From Eubacteriales bacterium (GTDB taxonomy: Bacteria; Bacillota; Clostridia; Oscillospirales; SIG627): a stretch of 64,000 nt of DNA. The stretch lies in the NCBI GenBank assembly GCA_045631145.1, contig JAZQUE010000074.1:3065-67064 (forward strand), given 5' to 3'. Positions 16,737 through 26,056 of the stretch are shown here, piece after piece. The translations under genes and the position numbers were made by a program. The stretch's first letter is position 1. Each line of letters opens with the position of its first letter. The notes under the pieces are model-generated. The model saw only the letters and a list, made by a program, of their open reading frames with translations. It was not told where the DNA came from and did not search any database.

Positions 16737-19700
16737 TTACCATTTTATACGATTTACCCACCATACCTCGGTTGTGACATTGTTTATCGCACACTTGCAG
16801 AACACGGCAATCAACATCTGCCCGCCACCGACATCGTAATAGTCGTTCTCCGTGTTATCGTCGTAAATATGCTGACCGCTTCGAGGATAAACACGCATTT
16901 TTCCGTCGTTTATCTGTTTGAGGAACACTATCTGTCCCTCACGGGTTGCGGCAGGGAGATATGTTACGCACGTTCCTGTTGCAAAACTAACCACCAATGA
17001 ATCGCTGTCATAGATATACTTTGACGTTACCGTTGTTCCGATTGTTTCAACGTTCAGCACAAGACCGTAAGCTTTCAGGTTATAGAACGCACCACCATAA
17101 TATGGGGCTGTTCCGCTGTTGGAAGCATTACCGTACACTCCCGCCAACATTTCCTGATCTGCGCCCATACTCCAAGCACTCTTATTCAAGTTACCGTAGC
17201 CCAATCCGACCAACGCTGCACGCTGTGTATATCCCGACGAAGCAGCTACACATTGCGTTCCTGCTCGATTTGCAAACACCCCCGTAGGAGAGATATAACT
17301 AACAGCACTATATCCGCTATTTGCTCGTGCCTCAATAGTACCGCTATTTGCGTCGAGCGTGATGTTCGAGCCGAGCGATTCCTGCGAGTAGTCGCCGCCT
17401 GATGAAGCCGAAGTAATCTTTATGCGACTGTTCTTTGCATCGAGTTCGATTTTGTTTCCGTTCTCGAGCGTCGAAACAATCTTGCCGCCACTAATGAACC
17501 AATCTCCGATATTGGCGTTTTCAGCCAATAACAGGTTTGTGGCTACACTCTCAAACGACGCTCCGAACGAGTTCCAATAGGAAGTGTTCGTTGGAGCTTT
17601 CCCGTTGAATGTCCCTGCGTCAATTCGTGCGATGTAATAAGTGTCGCCATACTTCACACAGTCAAGGCGGTTACTGTTTCCGTAGTAGGTTTTACCGCTG
17701 TCGTACTGCCCCCTGAACACCATAACAGGACTTTTCCCGTTCGCTCCGTCCTTGCCGTCGTAAGGTGTCATACGAATAGGCGTACTCCATTGTGAAACGA
17801 GAGCCGAACCGTCGCCCGTCTTTACGGCAAGCGTCATCCACAGGTATTGTGCCGTACCAACGCTTGGAACCGTTGTCGTCCAACCCGACGGATTGAGATC
17901 TGTTTTAGAGAGTGACGGAGCTGATGTAGTAGAACCATTCACAGCAAAACGGAGTTCGGTATAATTGCCGTCGCCTCCGTCGTCGCCTGTATCTCCCTTA
18001 TCGCCTTTCTCGCCCTTGATACTTCCGACATTTTCCCATTTTGAGCCGTTCCAAACATACAGGTTGCCACCGATGATGTATGCGTCACCCGCTGTTCCTG
18101 TCTTCGGCAGTTCTGATTCGCTTGCCAAAGTTCCTTTGATTGAAACGCTCGTTCCGTCCGCTCCGTCCTGTCCCTTTGAACCCGCAGCGATAATCTGCCA
18201 ATATGTAGAGCTTGTCGGAGCTACACCTTTTGCGGGGGTCGCATATATGTAGCGATAGGTCGATGTCAGCCCTGCAACCGTATATGTTACCTCGTCGCCC
18301 TGATAATAGGTGTAGGCGGCATTGTAAACTCCACGATAGCAGCCCAAGTATTCCTCCGCACCGCTTTGGCTCTGCACGATTGTACCCTGCAAACGCAGCT
18401 TCCCGTCGCCCTGTGAGTTGAAGTCAAACACGTTGCCGAGTCTCATAGCATTATTGAGCATATCGAAATATGATGTGCCCGAACCCGATACGATGCGGTC
18501 TGTGGTTATACGCCCTGGCAGTACTTCCGTGAATCCGTACAGTGAAGCGAAAGAACGTTCCTCGTCGTACTCACTGTTCAGCACACCCACGAGAAGATGA
18601 TAATAGCCTGACACGGCTTGCATTTTGATTGCCGTTTCAGACAGTACAAACTCGCCCGTTTCGTCGGCTGTCGAGCATTTCGCATACAGGTAGTATTTCT
18701 TTGTTCCGTCAGTCATAATGGCGGAGGTAAAAGCAGGAAGCGACCACACCTTGTATCCGCTGTGGGAAGAAGAAATATCCTTTATCCCGAGTGTCAGGTG
18801 CTGAATGAAACTTGCTCCGATTTTGAGTTGTTTGTTCGTTCCGTCCCAAACAACTGTGTCCGCCACCTGTGTGAAGTTTGTCAGGCTCTTTACGAAACGG
18901 AACTGCAAGCTCTCGTCGCCGACAAGCATTGACATCGTTTGAACGGCAATCGGGTTGATTGAGTTCGTGAAGTTGTCGAGCAGGGCTTCCTCCAACATCG
19001 AGATAGTTTCCCTTGCATCACGGAAGCGGCGTTTCGTGTACTGTATAGCGTCACGGTGGTAGTCCTCGACCAACACCTCCTCACTCTGCAGCTCCTTGAG
19101 TGTAGTCGAAAAACCGCTTGTCACGGTTGAATTGGATAGCGTCAATACAGGACTGTGCGGCTTGTTGATGTAGTCCTTTATGCCTGTGATACGCACAAGG
19201 ACACCCTCTTTTTGGAAGCGTTCGTCGCTGAACTTGATATAGCCGCCGAGCTTGATTTTCCCGCCAATGTTTACCCAATCCTTTTTCGACCAAATGCCGT
19301 CGAGTTCGCCTGTGAACGAGAACTTCACTTCCTCGTTATCGAACAGGTATTTCACGCCCGCACGGAACATATCCCACGAAGCACCCGATTTCGTTGCATT
19401 GTCACAGATATATGCGTCGGGAAGCATACAGTTGAACACGGCGTACGTGTCGCCCGCTTTCGGGGCAAATACGGCGTTCGGCATTGTCTGCCCGTAAATC
19501 TCCTGTGGCACGATTTCAAAACGACGTGCCGCCTGTTCCTTGCTTGTACCGACGTTCTTTGCCTCGTGAACGTACTTTACCTCGAACTCCTTGCCCGCAA
19601 GCATACCTGATTGGAACTTCACGGTCATAGTTTCGCCCGCTATCAGGTAGTCCTCATAATTCAACGTCGAGGGTATGCTGCTATCCACGATGTCATAGAA

Positions 19701-20612
19701 GCTTTCTTTCTCATCAACGACAACCACCTTTGAGATAGTGCCGACACGCTTTGGATAAATCTCCGAGCAGTCGAGGCTGTCTTCCGCAAGGCTTGTCAGC
19801 TGTTTGTCTGCTCGACGGATAGACAAGCCCAAATCATCTGTGATGTATGTTCGGGCGTTCGAGGCGTTGAAACCTCCCTCGTCCTCGAAATACTTACCGT
19901 CATAGGCTATTTGTTGGAGCTTCGGCAGGAGCAGTTCGTTATTTCCGTACTTGCTTCGGTCGATGTTCTCCACGCCGCCCTGTATAAACAGGATTTCGAC
20001 GGGTACATTGTCGCCATAATTACCTCGCCCGACGTTCGGCTTGAAGCCGTTGCCACGCCCGTATGAAAGGGCGAGAGGGCTGTTCTTGTTATACTCTATC
20101 TTGCGAAGCGAAGCCACCTTACCGTTGAACTCAAATTCGGTTTTCAGCTCCGCAGCCATTTGGGCGATTGCCTCATAGCAAAAAGCGTGATCATAGCTGA
20201 TAAGGACTTCCGCTCCGTCGATACACTCGCCGACAGTCCAACCGCTGTCACGACGGTTCATATTATCGACGAACATCTGCAAATGCTCTTTCGGCTTTGC
20301 TGTCAGGGAGAATTTCAGCCTACCGTCCACCGTGTTACGAAACTTCCATATCTTGGCTTTCGCCTCGGCGGATTCCATAATGACGGTGTACTCGAAATTG
20401 CGGCTGTGCTTCATCTTGAAGCTCTCGGGACGCATAAGGGTGTACCGCACATTCTCGAAGTTGCAATAAGCCCCGACAGGTATTTCTACGTGCTCGGCAA
20501 GGCTGTAATGAAGCGTGATATTATGGTCGCCCATTATAACCCTGTTTCGGTAGCTGTTATCATCAACTGTCACGTCAAGAACCTTGCGTCCCTCACTGTC
20601 GTATATTGTCAT
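16737..20612 (-). CDS. large tail tip / host-specificity protein with collagen-like Gly-X-Y stretches (1291 aa)
   Basis: Called on size and on position downstream of the tape measure and distal tail genes. Contains GSKGQDGADGTS and GEKGDKGDTGDDGGDG triplet repeats. Confidence 0.6.
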   Translation of the reverse strand: MTIYDSEGRKVLDVTVDDNSYRNRVIMGDHNITLHYSLAEHVEIPVGAYCNFENVRYTLMRPESFKMKHSRNFEYTVIMESAEAKAKIWKFRNTVDGRLKFSLTAKPKEHLQMFVDNMNRRDSGWTVGECIDGAEVLISYDHAFCYEAIAQMAAELKTEFEFNGKVASLRKIEYNKNSPLALSYGRGNGFKPNVGRGNYGDNVPVEILFIQGGVENIDRSKYGNNELLLPKLQQIAYDGKYFEDEGGFNASNARTYITDDLGLSIRRADKQLTSLAEDSLDCSEIYPKRVGTISKVVVVDEKESFYDIVDSSIPSTLNYEDYLIAGETMTVKFQSGMLAGKEFEVKYVHEAKNVGTSKEQAARRFEIVPQEIYGQTMPNAVFAPKAGDTYAVFNCMLPDAYICDNATKSGASWDMFRAGVKYLFDNEEVKFSFTGELDGIWSKKDWVNIGGKIKLGGYIKFSDERFQKEGVLVRITGIKDYINKPHSPVLTLSNSTVTSGFSTTLKELQSEEVLVEDYHRDAIQYTKRRFRDARETISMLEEALLDNFTNSINPIAVQTMSMLVGDESLQFRFVKSLTNFTQVADTVVWDGTNKQLKIGASFIQHLTLGIKDISSSHSGYKVWSLPAFTSAIMTDGTKKYYLYAKCSTADETGEFVLSETAIKMQAVSGYYHLLVGVLNSEYDEERSFASLYGFTEVLPGRITTDRIVSGSGTSYFDMLNNAMRLGNVFDFNSQGDGKLRLQGTIVQSQSGAEEYLGCYRGVYNAAYTYYQGDEVTYTVAGLTSTYRYIYATPAKGVAPTSSTYWQIIAAGSKGQDGADGTSVSIKGTLASESELPKTGTAGDAYIIGGNLYVWNGSKWENVGSIKGEKGDKGDTGDDGGDGNYTELRFAVNGSTTSAPSLSKTDLNPSGWTTTVPSVGTAQYLWMTLAVKTGDGSALVSQWSTPIRMTPYDGKDGANGKSPVMVFRGQYDSGKTYYGNSNRLDCVKYGDTYYIARIDAGTFNGKAPTNTSYWNSFGASFESVATNLLLAENANIGDWFISGGKIVSTLENGNKIELDAKNSRIKITSASSGGDYSQESLGSNITLDANSGTIEARANSGYSAVSYISPTGVFANRAGTQCVAASSGYTQRAALVGLGYGNLNKSAWSMGADQEMLAGVYGNASNSGTAPYYGGAFYNLKAYGLVLNVETIGTTVTSKYIYDSDSLVVSFATGTCVTYLPAATREGQIVFLKQINDGKMRVYPRSGQHIYDDNTENDYYDVGGGQMLIAVFCKCAINNVTTEVWWVNRIKW

Positions 20613-20689
20613 TTTACCTCCTGTTTTTGATTGTTAGTACTCTGTACCGAAAACCTCCCCACACAACGGGGGAGGCTCGATACCTGATG

Positions 20690-21067
20690 TTAGTTGATAC
20701 CCAATTCGGCACAGTCAGCGTCCACCTGTGTTTTGACTGCGTTACGCTCTGTGAGGAACGCTTTGTAGGCGGCTACCTTTGCGGCGGCTGTTTCCTCGTC
20801 GTAAACACCCAACTGTGCGGCGTTGTACTCGTTTACCAACTTCTGTTCGTAGTTGCTGTCCCACAGCTCACTGATTACAGCTTCGGTAATCTTGTTTGAG
20901 GTCACGGGTGCCCATACGGTCACTTCCTGACATTTCCACTGTGTGGTTGGCTCGCCGCCCTCCTCGTGTGCGGGCTGTTCCATTTCTACGATGTCCCAAC
21001 GGTATTTGTAGCTACCGTTTCCTACTGCCTCCAATACAGAGGGCTTGTGGTCATAAAATGCTTGCAT
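20690..21067 (-). CDS. hypothetical protein (125 aa)
   Basis: ORF between the DGR RT and the tail tip gene. Confidence 0.45.
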   Translation of the reverse strand: MQAFYDHKPSVLEAVGNGSYKYRWDIVEMEQPAHEEGGEPTTQWKCQEVTVWAPVTSNKITEAVISELWDSNYEQKLVNEYNAAQLGVYDEETAAAKVAAYKAFLTERNAVKTQVDADCAELGIN

Positions 21068-22072
21068 AATACTCTTTTTTAATGATTGATTTCAACAAAT
21101 GCTTACTGTTACTGTGTTTTGCCCAACCGAGCCAAGAGCAAATCCCTTGTTTATACTCCTTTGGTGGGAGCGGTGGGGTGCGTTTGTTCAGGCGGGCAAC
21201 GTGGCGGCAGAAATTCTTCTTGATACTTTTCCTGATGAGCTTCTGTTCACGGTAGAACTTGTAGCCGACATAATCAAGGGCACGTCCGCTTTTGTCGTAG
21301 CGGTTCTTTGCGATTGGGAACACCTGATAATTGCTTTTCACTTTCAAGTCCAAATCAGCCAAAAACGGCTAATCTCCTTGAATGCTTCGTGCAGCTTCTC
21401 TTTGCTGTCGCTAAAGAAACAGATGTCGTCGGCATACTCCGTTGCTTCGAGTTTCAGAACCTCGTTCACGAAGTGCATAAAGTAGGCAAGAAAAAGATTT
21501 GCCAAGAACTGTGACAGGTAATTTCCGATAGGTAAGCCCTCCGCACTGTCGATTATCTCGTCCAACAGCCACAGCAGGTCTTTATCTTTGATTTTCTTTC
21601 GGACAACCCGTTTCAGTACATCGTGGTTGATTGAGGGGTAGAACTTCTTGATGTCGATTTTCAGGCAATACAGGGGCTTACCCTTGTACTTTTTGATTAT
21701 CTTATCCACCTGTCGGGCACAGCCCTCAATGCCACGTTTCTTGATACACGAATACGTATTGTGCGTGAACACCTTGCTCCATATCGGTTCAAGGACATTC
21801 ATTACGGCGTGATGAACAATTCTGTCGGGATAATACGGGAGGCGGAAAATCAGCCTTTCTTTCGGCTCAAATACCGTAAACCTGTCATATTCCGAGGTCT
21901 TGAACGTCTTTGTCCGCAACGCCTCGTGTAGGGCAATGATATTCGCTTCACGGTTCTTATCGTGATGTCGAACTCCGTATGTGCGGAGCTTCCCACGTCG
22001 AGCCTTTTCATCAGCCCGACGCAGGTTCTCCACGGAGATTATCTGTTCGTATAAATTTCCTATACGCTTCAT
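21051..22072 (-). CDS. DGR reverse transcriptase, interrupted by a 1-nt frameshift in a T5 run at 21361-21365
   Basis: MKRIGNLYEQIISVENL..., LPIGNYLSQFLANLFL (DGR-type SQ motif), and the YADD box (EYADDICFF). The thumb region continues in the -1 frame (LADLDLKVKSNYQVFPI...). Adjacent to the TR. Confidence 0.85.
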
Positions 22073-22230
22073 TGCTTTGCTTTTCTTAATCGGAGTCTTC
22101 GATAGCCCATACAACAGGCATTTCTACCAACACCTTTCTGATTTGAGAAATCTTTTACCAAGAGGTAAGGTCGTCGCTCTTTTATTCTTTTATATTGCTT
22201 CGAGCCTTTGACAGCCCGCTTGAAAATCAG

Positions 22231-22339
22231 AGGTGAGAGCCGATGTTCGCATTCGTATTCGAGGGCACGTTATTCGAGTTCGCATAGGCGAAGCCTGCAT
22301 TCGCACCGTTATTCGCATTACCGCCGAACAGGACACCAC
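22231..22339 (-). repeat. DGR template repeat (TR)
   Basis: 109-nt match to VR1 (offset 547) and 70-nt match to VR2. The coding-strand translation is Asn/AAY-rich (..GGNANNGANAGFAYANSNNVPSNTNANIGSHL*). Confidence 0.85.
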
Positions 22340-22362
22340 AAGAACGACCAACCTGTTATTTT

Positions 22363-22713
22363 TCACTCGAAATAGTATCTGTTACCGTTTCCTCGTAATG
22401 TTACTCTCCTCGGGAATTTGTTCAGCTCCTTAATCTTCTGCAAGATGTAGAGAATGTCAGCTGAACCCGTGAAGAACTTTTTCGCAGCACTGTCGGGGCT
22501 GTCCTTTTCAGGCTTGATTTTGACAAGCGTCTGACCTTTGTTCCCCTTTGCCTTGCTGAACTTCGTCGGAACGTCCTCGATGAAATCCACTACCCAAAAG
22601 GTTGTGTTCACGAGCTTGCTCTGCGTCGTTTCATCACAGTTGAAACTGCGGTTGTTCTCATCACGAGGAATTTTCAGGCATTCCAAAGAGCCGTCGTCAA
22701 TAATAGTTTCCAT
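22363..22713 (-). CDS. DGR accessory-position protein (116 aa), not recognisably Avd-like
   Basis: Sits between the target gene and the TR, where avd normally sits. The sequence (METIIDDGSLECLKIPRDENN...) does not look like a four-helix-bundle Avd. Confidence 0.45.
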   Translation of the reverse strand: METIIDDGSLECLKIPRDENNRSFNCDETTQSKLVNTTFWVVDFIEDVPTKFSKAKGNKGQTLVKIKPEKDSPDSAAKKFFTGSADILYILQKIKELNKFPRRVTLRGNGNRYYFE

Positions 22714-22758
22714 ATCCTTATACAGTTAAATGGTTAGACGTGTACTCGTGGGGACGGG

Positions 22759-24201
22759 TTATCGAGGCAAAAAGCAAAGGCGAGAGCCGAAGTACGCAAG
22801 CGTAGAAGAGGGCACGTTAGTCGAGTACGCATAGGCGAAGCCCGCACCCGCACCGTAATTCGCATTACCGCCGAACAGGACACCACGGAGGGTTTCAGAG
22901 GTCGGGATGTTGGTATAGTGATAGTCACAATGGTAGGTAGTAGAACCGCCCCCAATTTCAGACGGCATAATCTCGCCATACTCTCCGAAGATAACCTGTT
23001 TCACGTAACCCTCTGCACGGGCTTCATTGCCGACGTGGCTGTAACCTGTGTAGCTGCTGTCTGTGAACTTTGACGGGTCGCTGCATACGAACACCTTGCT
23101 CAAATCGTCGCCGCCGTTGGCTGATGTCGGGCTGATACGGACATTGATACCGTCAGTCCACTGCCAAATATGCCCGAACGGATTTTCAACACCTCTGTAT
23201 CGAGGAACCTGTACCTCAATAGTGTTGTTTGAATCATACTCGGTCGGCATAGTGTATATTACCTCGCCTGTGTTGTTACCGAGGCTGTCGGTTGTTCCGC
23301 AAGGGATAACAGGATTGTAGCCGTTGAATGTACTCCACAGTGTACTGTTCAGGTTCGTTACGCCTGAACCCAAACCGCCCTGACGCAAGCCCTCGGAGGT
23401 CAAAACAGGGTTGTACGCCGCCTGTGTATTGAGTGTGGCGTATTCTGTCACGAACAGCCAATAGAGGGTTTTCTGTACGTCATACGTCATACAGTTCCAC
23501 TCGGTCGAGGTGGTCTTACGGTTACGGGCGTACTTACGGAAGTTCGTGCGGCTGATACTTGTTGCGGGCATACCGAGCATACTTCTGTATGTGCCGTCCC
23601 ATTCTGTGTTGTTGCCGCCACCTCGATAATCGACCGAAGTGTTCTTCACGGAGGCGAGCTTTGAGGTTGAACGCTGAACGGTTGCCTCGTAAGCTGATAC
23701 ATAACACCTTGGTACGGCGTGATAACCCGCAAGAGGCAGTTCGCTGATACGCACACGACGTTTGTTACCGTCGGTTTCAAACTTGCGGAAATGGGCGGGT
23801 ATTTCGACCATAACCTGACCTCGTGAACCGTCAAGGACATTGCCCGTCCAATCGTTAGGGTTCAGGTATTCCACTACATTGCCGTCGTCGTCAAGCAGAC
23901 AGCCTTTCATACGGCTGTGTACGGGTAGGCTCTTGTGCAGGTTGGTGTTTCCGATACGGGTACAGGTCGGCGATGATACTGTAACGTCAAACTCGACACC
24001 GTATGAACAATCGTCCTCCAAATAGGGGAGGAGGCTTGCGAGAGCCGCTTTCTTACTTTCTCCGTCCTCGTCGAGAACTTCGCAAAACAGGTTGTAAGGG
24101 TTAGTTCCCTCTACTTCGGGTAAGTCGCTCAAACGCTTACCGTTCTGAAACGCCTCGATGATCTGTTCGAGGATAGCTTCTTGTGCTTCTGTAAAAGCCA
24201 T
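22759..24201 (-). CDS. DGR variable protein 1 (tail-fibre-like, C-type-lectin/FGE-like C-terminus)
   Basis: C-terminus ...RGVLFGGNANYGAGAGFAYAYSTNVPSSTLAYFGSRLCFLPR is encoded by VR1. Located among the tail genes. Confidence 0.8.
   Translation of the reverse strand: MAFTEAQEAILEQIIEAFQNGKRLSDLPEVEGTNPYNLFCEVLDEDGESKKAALASLLPYLEDDCSYGVEFDVTVSSPTCTRIGNTNLHKSLPVHSRMKGCLLDDDGNVVEYLNPNDWTGNVLDGSRGQVMVEIPAHFRKFETDGNKRRVRISELPLAGYHAVPRCYVSAYEATVQRSTSKLASVKNTSVDYRGGGNNTEWDGTYRSMLGMPATSISRTNFRKYARNRKTTSTEWNCMTYDVQKTLYWLFVTEYATLNTQAAYNPVLTSEGLRQGGLGSGVTNLNSTLWSTFNGYNPVIPCGTTDSLGNNTGEVIYTMPTEYDSNNTIEVQVPRYRGVENPFGHIWQWTDGINVRISPTSANGGDDLSKVFVCSDPSKFTDSSYTGYSHVGNEARAEGYVKQVIFGEYGEIMPSEIGGGSTTYHCDYHYTNIPTSETLRGVLFGGNANYGAGAGFAYAYSTNVPSSTLAYFGSRLCFLPR
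22778..22886 (-). repeat. DGR variable repeat VR1
   Basis: Manual alignment to the TR gives 14 differences in 109 nt. 13 are at TR adenines (coding strand); 1 is a synonymous G/T difference. Confidence 0.85.
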
Positions 24202-24233
24202 AATCTAAAAGTTTTAATGGTTGAACAATGATT

Positions 24234-25034
24234 TTAATTCAATCGTAACGCTCCGCCCTGTGTGAAACGTAGCTGCTTACGGGTGTTTACCATACGGAGC
24301 GACGGAGCTGTAACCTCAATCTGCAGCGTCTTGGCGAGAGCCGTGTTCATCGTCGGAATGACGTGTACCGTGCTTCTGCCCTTTGCCACAACCTGAATAC
24401 GCCCGTCAGGGGCGACCGTTACCGCTTTGTTATCACATAGGAAGATTACATTTTTCAGCGTTCCTGCGGGCGTAAGAACAACGTTAATCGGCTTCGGGGA
24501 TAGGTTGCCAAATGTTATGCGTTCCATACACTCAACCTCCAACGTGAACGGCACAATGCCGCCGAAAGCGGCAAGGATTTCCGCTGTGGCATTGTTCGCT
24601 GCCGCCGTTGCCTCCTCGGCTTCCGCTGTGGCTTCCTTTGCCTCCTGTGTAGCCTTGTCAGCGTTGGTCGTCGCTGTGATTGCTTTCGCCGTTGCGGAGT
24701 CCGCATTTGAAGTTGCCGTCTTTGCCTTACCTGTTGCGTCGTCGGCGTTCTTTGTTGCCGTTTCCGCAGCCGTCGTTGCAGTTTTAGCCTTGTTTGTTGC
24801 ATCGACAGCGTTGTTAGTTGCCGTTACGGCATTGTTCTTGGCTGTCGTAGCCGCCGAAGCTGCATTGTTCGCTGCCGCCGTTGCTGCGTTCGCCTTGCTG
24901 ACAGCCTGTGTGGTTTCCTGTTCGACGAACTCCAAGGACACTTTGACGCTGTTGTTGTTAGCGTCCGTACCGATAGTAAACAGCCCTTTCAGGGTGCTGT
25001 ATAACGGTAGTTCTGAAATCTTGATTTTCTTCAT
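24234..25034 (-). CDS. fibre-like protein with about 14 Ala/Thr heptad repeats and an Ig-like C-terminal domain
   Basis: TAKNNAV TATNNAV DATNKAK TATTAAE TATKNAD ... show a periodicity of 7. The C-terminus ...VTVAPDGRIQVVAKGRSTVHVIP.. is Big_2-like. Confidence 0.55.
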   Translation of the reverse strand: MKKIKISELPLYSTLKGLFTIGTDANNNSVKVSLEFVEQETTQAVSKANAATAAANNAASAATTAKNNAVTATNNAVDATNKAKTATTAAETATKNADDATGKAKTATSNADSATAKAITATTNADKATQEAKEATAEAEEATAAANNATAEILAAFGGIVPFTLEVECMERITFGNLSPKPINVVLTPAGTLKNVIFLCDNKAVTVAPDGRIQVVAKGRSTVHVIPTMNTALAKTLQIEVTAPSLRMVNTRKQLRFTQGGALRLN

Positions 25035-25045
25035 ATTCTTATCTG

Positions 25046-26056
25046 CTAATTGTTGAACCTTATACCTCCGTTACCTGTCAGGCGAATAGTCATACGGTCA
25101 TTGACAAGACGGACAGACGGAATGAGATATTTATCAGGACGCAACTCGATAGCGTATGTGCCGTCCTCTGTGAACACCACAATGCCGTCCTCGGAAGCGA
25201 GAACAATATCCTCCTCGCCGATACGAAAATCCTGCGTGAATGTAACTGTGAGCGTGAACTGCAACCATATCCTGTCTGTCGGGCAGAACTTCGTTACCTG
25301 ACAGCTCTTGTAGTGGAACAGGAACTCACGTTCCAAATCATCAACCCACAGCGACCGTTCATTCGGGCGAATCAGATCATACAGGAAAGCGTCATAGTTC
25401 CGCCACAACTCATCGAGCGTTTCAGCCCTCATCAGGCAGTACAGCTTCACGTCCTTGCTCTTGTAGGTTACCTGCTTTGCGTCATACTCTACACCTTTCT
25501 GTGTAGGGATATTTCGCAACAGGTTCGTTTTCACAACCGCCGAACGCACAATCTCATCATAGCTTCCCGTAAGGATACGCAACCCGTAGCTCGTGAAAGG
25601 CAACCCGTCAAAAGTGTAGTCGGCGGAGTACATCACGGAACTGTACGGAGCTTTGTAGCTATATCCGTCAAGCGGGAAGTCGTCGGCAAACTTCAATGTC
25701 GCTTGCCCGAGTATCTTAATGGCTTTCAGGTTCGGCTGCTGTGTGAGGCGAAGCCTGTAAACACGCCCGATTTCCGCACAACTGAATGTATGGTAAGCCC
25801 CGTCAGAGAGAACGTCGAGAAAATCGAACAGGGAGGAATACAAGCCCGAAATGGCGAACTTTATCGACACCTCACGGGTATTCAGAACGGGGGCTGATAG
25901 GTCAGCTTCAATGCCGTCCTCCTCCTGCCAATCGTTCTTTTCGACATCTTTCAACGGGGGAAAGGCTACAAGCTCATTATAGCCCCCCTCGACGACGTAC
26001 ATACCGAACTGTTTGTACACGTCGTAACCGTCCACATATAGAGCACCTGTCTTCAT
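25046..26056 (-). CDS. distal tail protein (Dit-like) candidate
   Basis: Second gene after the tape measure. 336 aa and looks beta-rich by eye. Confidence 0.4.
   Translation of the reverse strand: MKTGALYVDGYDVYKQFGMYVVEGGYNELVAFPPLKDVEKNDWQEEDGIEADLSAPVLNTREVSIKFAISGLYSSLFDFLDVLSDGAYHTFSCAEIGRVYRLRLTQQPNLKAIKILGQATLKFADDFPLDGYSYKAPYSSVMYSADYTFDGLPFTSYGLRILTGSYDEIVRSAVVKTNLLRNIPTQKGVEYDAKQVTYKSKDVKLYCLMRAETLDELWRNYDAFLYDLIRPNERSLWVDDLEREFLFHYKSCQVTKFCPTDRIWLQFTLTVTFTQDFRIGEEDIVLASEDGIVVFTEDGTYAIELRPDKYLIPSVRLVNDRMTIRLTGNGGIRFNN

Noticed and set aside
17795-17805. 9-nt match (gagagccga) to the TR inside the tail tip gene, considered as a possible third VR
   Set aside because: The similarity does not extend beyond 9 nt and lacks the IMH-like flank.
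21051-22114. Reverse transcriptase as a retron or group II intron RT
   Set aside because: An adjacent TR with adenine-specific mismatches to two VRs, plus the DGR-type SQ motif, identify it as a DGR RT. No msr/msd-like inverted repeats and no intron domains were seen.
22233-22979. Track ORFs 22233..22433 (+) and 22734..22979 (-), which look alike
   Set aside because: Their similarity is just the TR/VR1 repeat read in non-coding frames.
24515-24802. Arg/Gln/Pro-rich 95-aa minus-strand ORF
   Set aside because: It is an alternative frame of the 21-nt periodic Ala/Thr repeat of the fibre-like gene.
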